Source of the DNA: Stegostoma tigrinum
Lineage: Eukaryota
DNA: 64,000 bases
Direction: 5' to 3'
Assembly (NCBI RefSeq): GCF_030684315.1
Contig: NC_081354.1
Span: 83,341,222 to 83,405,221, forward strand
Below, one piece after another: positions 63,626-64,000 of this stretch (position 1 is the first letter of the stretch; every line of letters starts with the position of its first letter). The notes below the pieces were generated by a model. That model saw only the letters and a program-made list of their open reading frames with translations. It was not told the DNA's origin and did no database searches. A program made the position numbers and the translations under genes.

Positions 63626-64000
63626 GTATCCAGACATTCTGTATTTATGCAAAGTGTGCTCTTAATTTTACAAACAGCACTTTATTTATTTGGTTATACT
63701 TTGGGAAATCTGCACATGAGCAAAAAACTGAATTGCTGTACAACTGCTATCAAGATCTTTACCTAACTTCCTGTTCTTGGCAAGTTAGCTCCGGCTCTGT
63801 TTGAATTCAGCAATCATTTAATAAAATAATTGAAGGACTTCTAGTTTTGGTGTAAATCTATACTGTTTATCCTGTGTTTATTCTCTGATTTCTGTAGCAA
63901 AGCTAGTTGTTATAGTACTTTTATAGTTCACCCTTTCTTGGCGTGTTTACATCTTTTTCTTGTCTCTGCACTTGTAAACTGGCTTGTGAAGTGTTTCTCG

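Overview
This is eukaryotic, AT-rich, repeat-dense genomic DNA. The repeat complement (HE1-type V-SINE, abundant CR1/HER1 LINEs, Penelope elements) points to a cartilaginous fish, probably a shark (inference). It holds the vertebrate synteny block QDPR(-) / CLRN2(+) / LAP3(+): complete 7-exon QDPR (238 aa), complete 3-exon CLRN2 (232 aa) and LAP3 exons 1-5, all with GT-AG junctions that join in frame. Other repeats are CR1, Rex1/Babar and L2 LINE fragments, SINEs and two related degenerate Gypsy elements. The most striking structure is a Penelope-like (PLE) retroelement system. One 2.5-kb RT/GIY-YIG copy is built as a tail-out inverted duplication. Around 20 short derivatives from several sequence families accompany it, many palindromic, bounded by 11-17 bp target-site duplications and carrying minimal hammerhead-ribozyme cores (CUGAUGA-stem II-GAAAC-GUC). 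One intact core sits unpaired at the tip of a perfect 58-bp hairpin in LAP3 intron 3. An orphan ~152-codon exon-like ORF, divergent from LAP3 and interrupted by one of these insertions, is unexplained. All calls were made by eye without database searches, and repeat boundaries are approximate.
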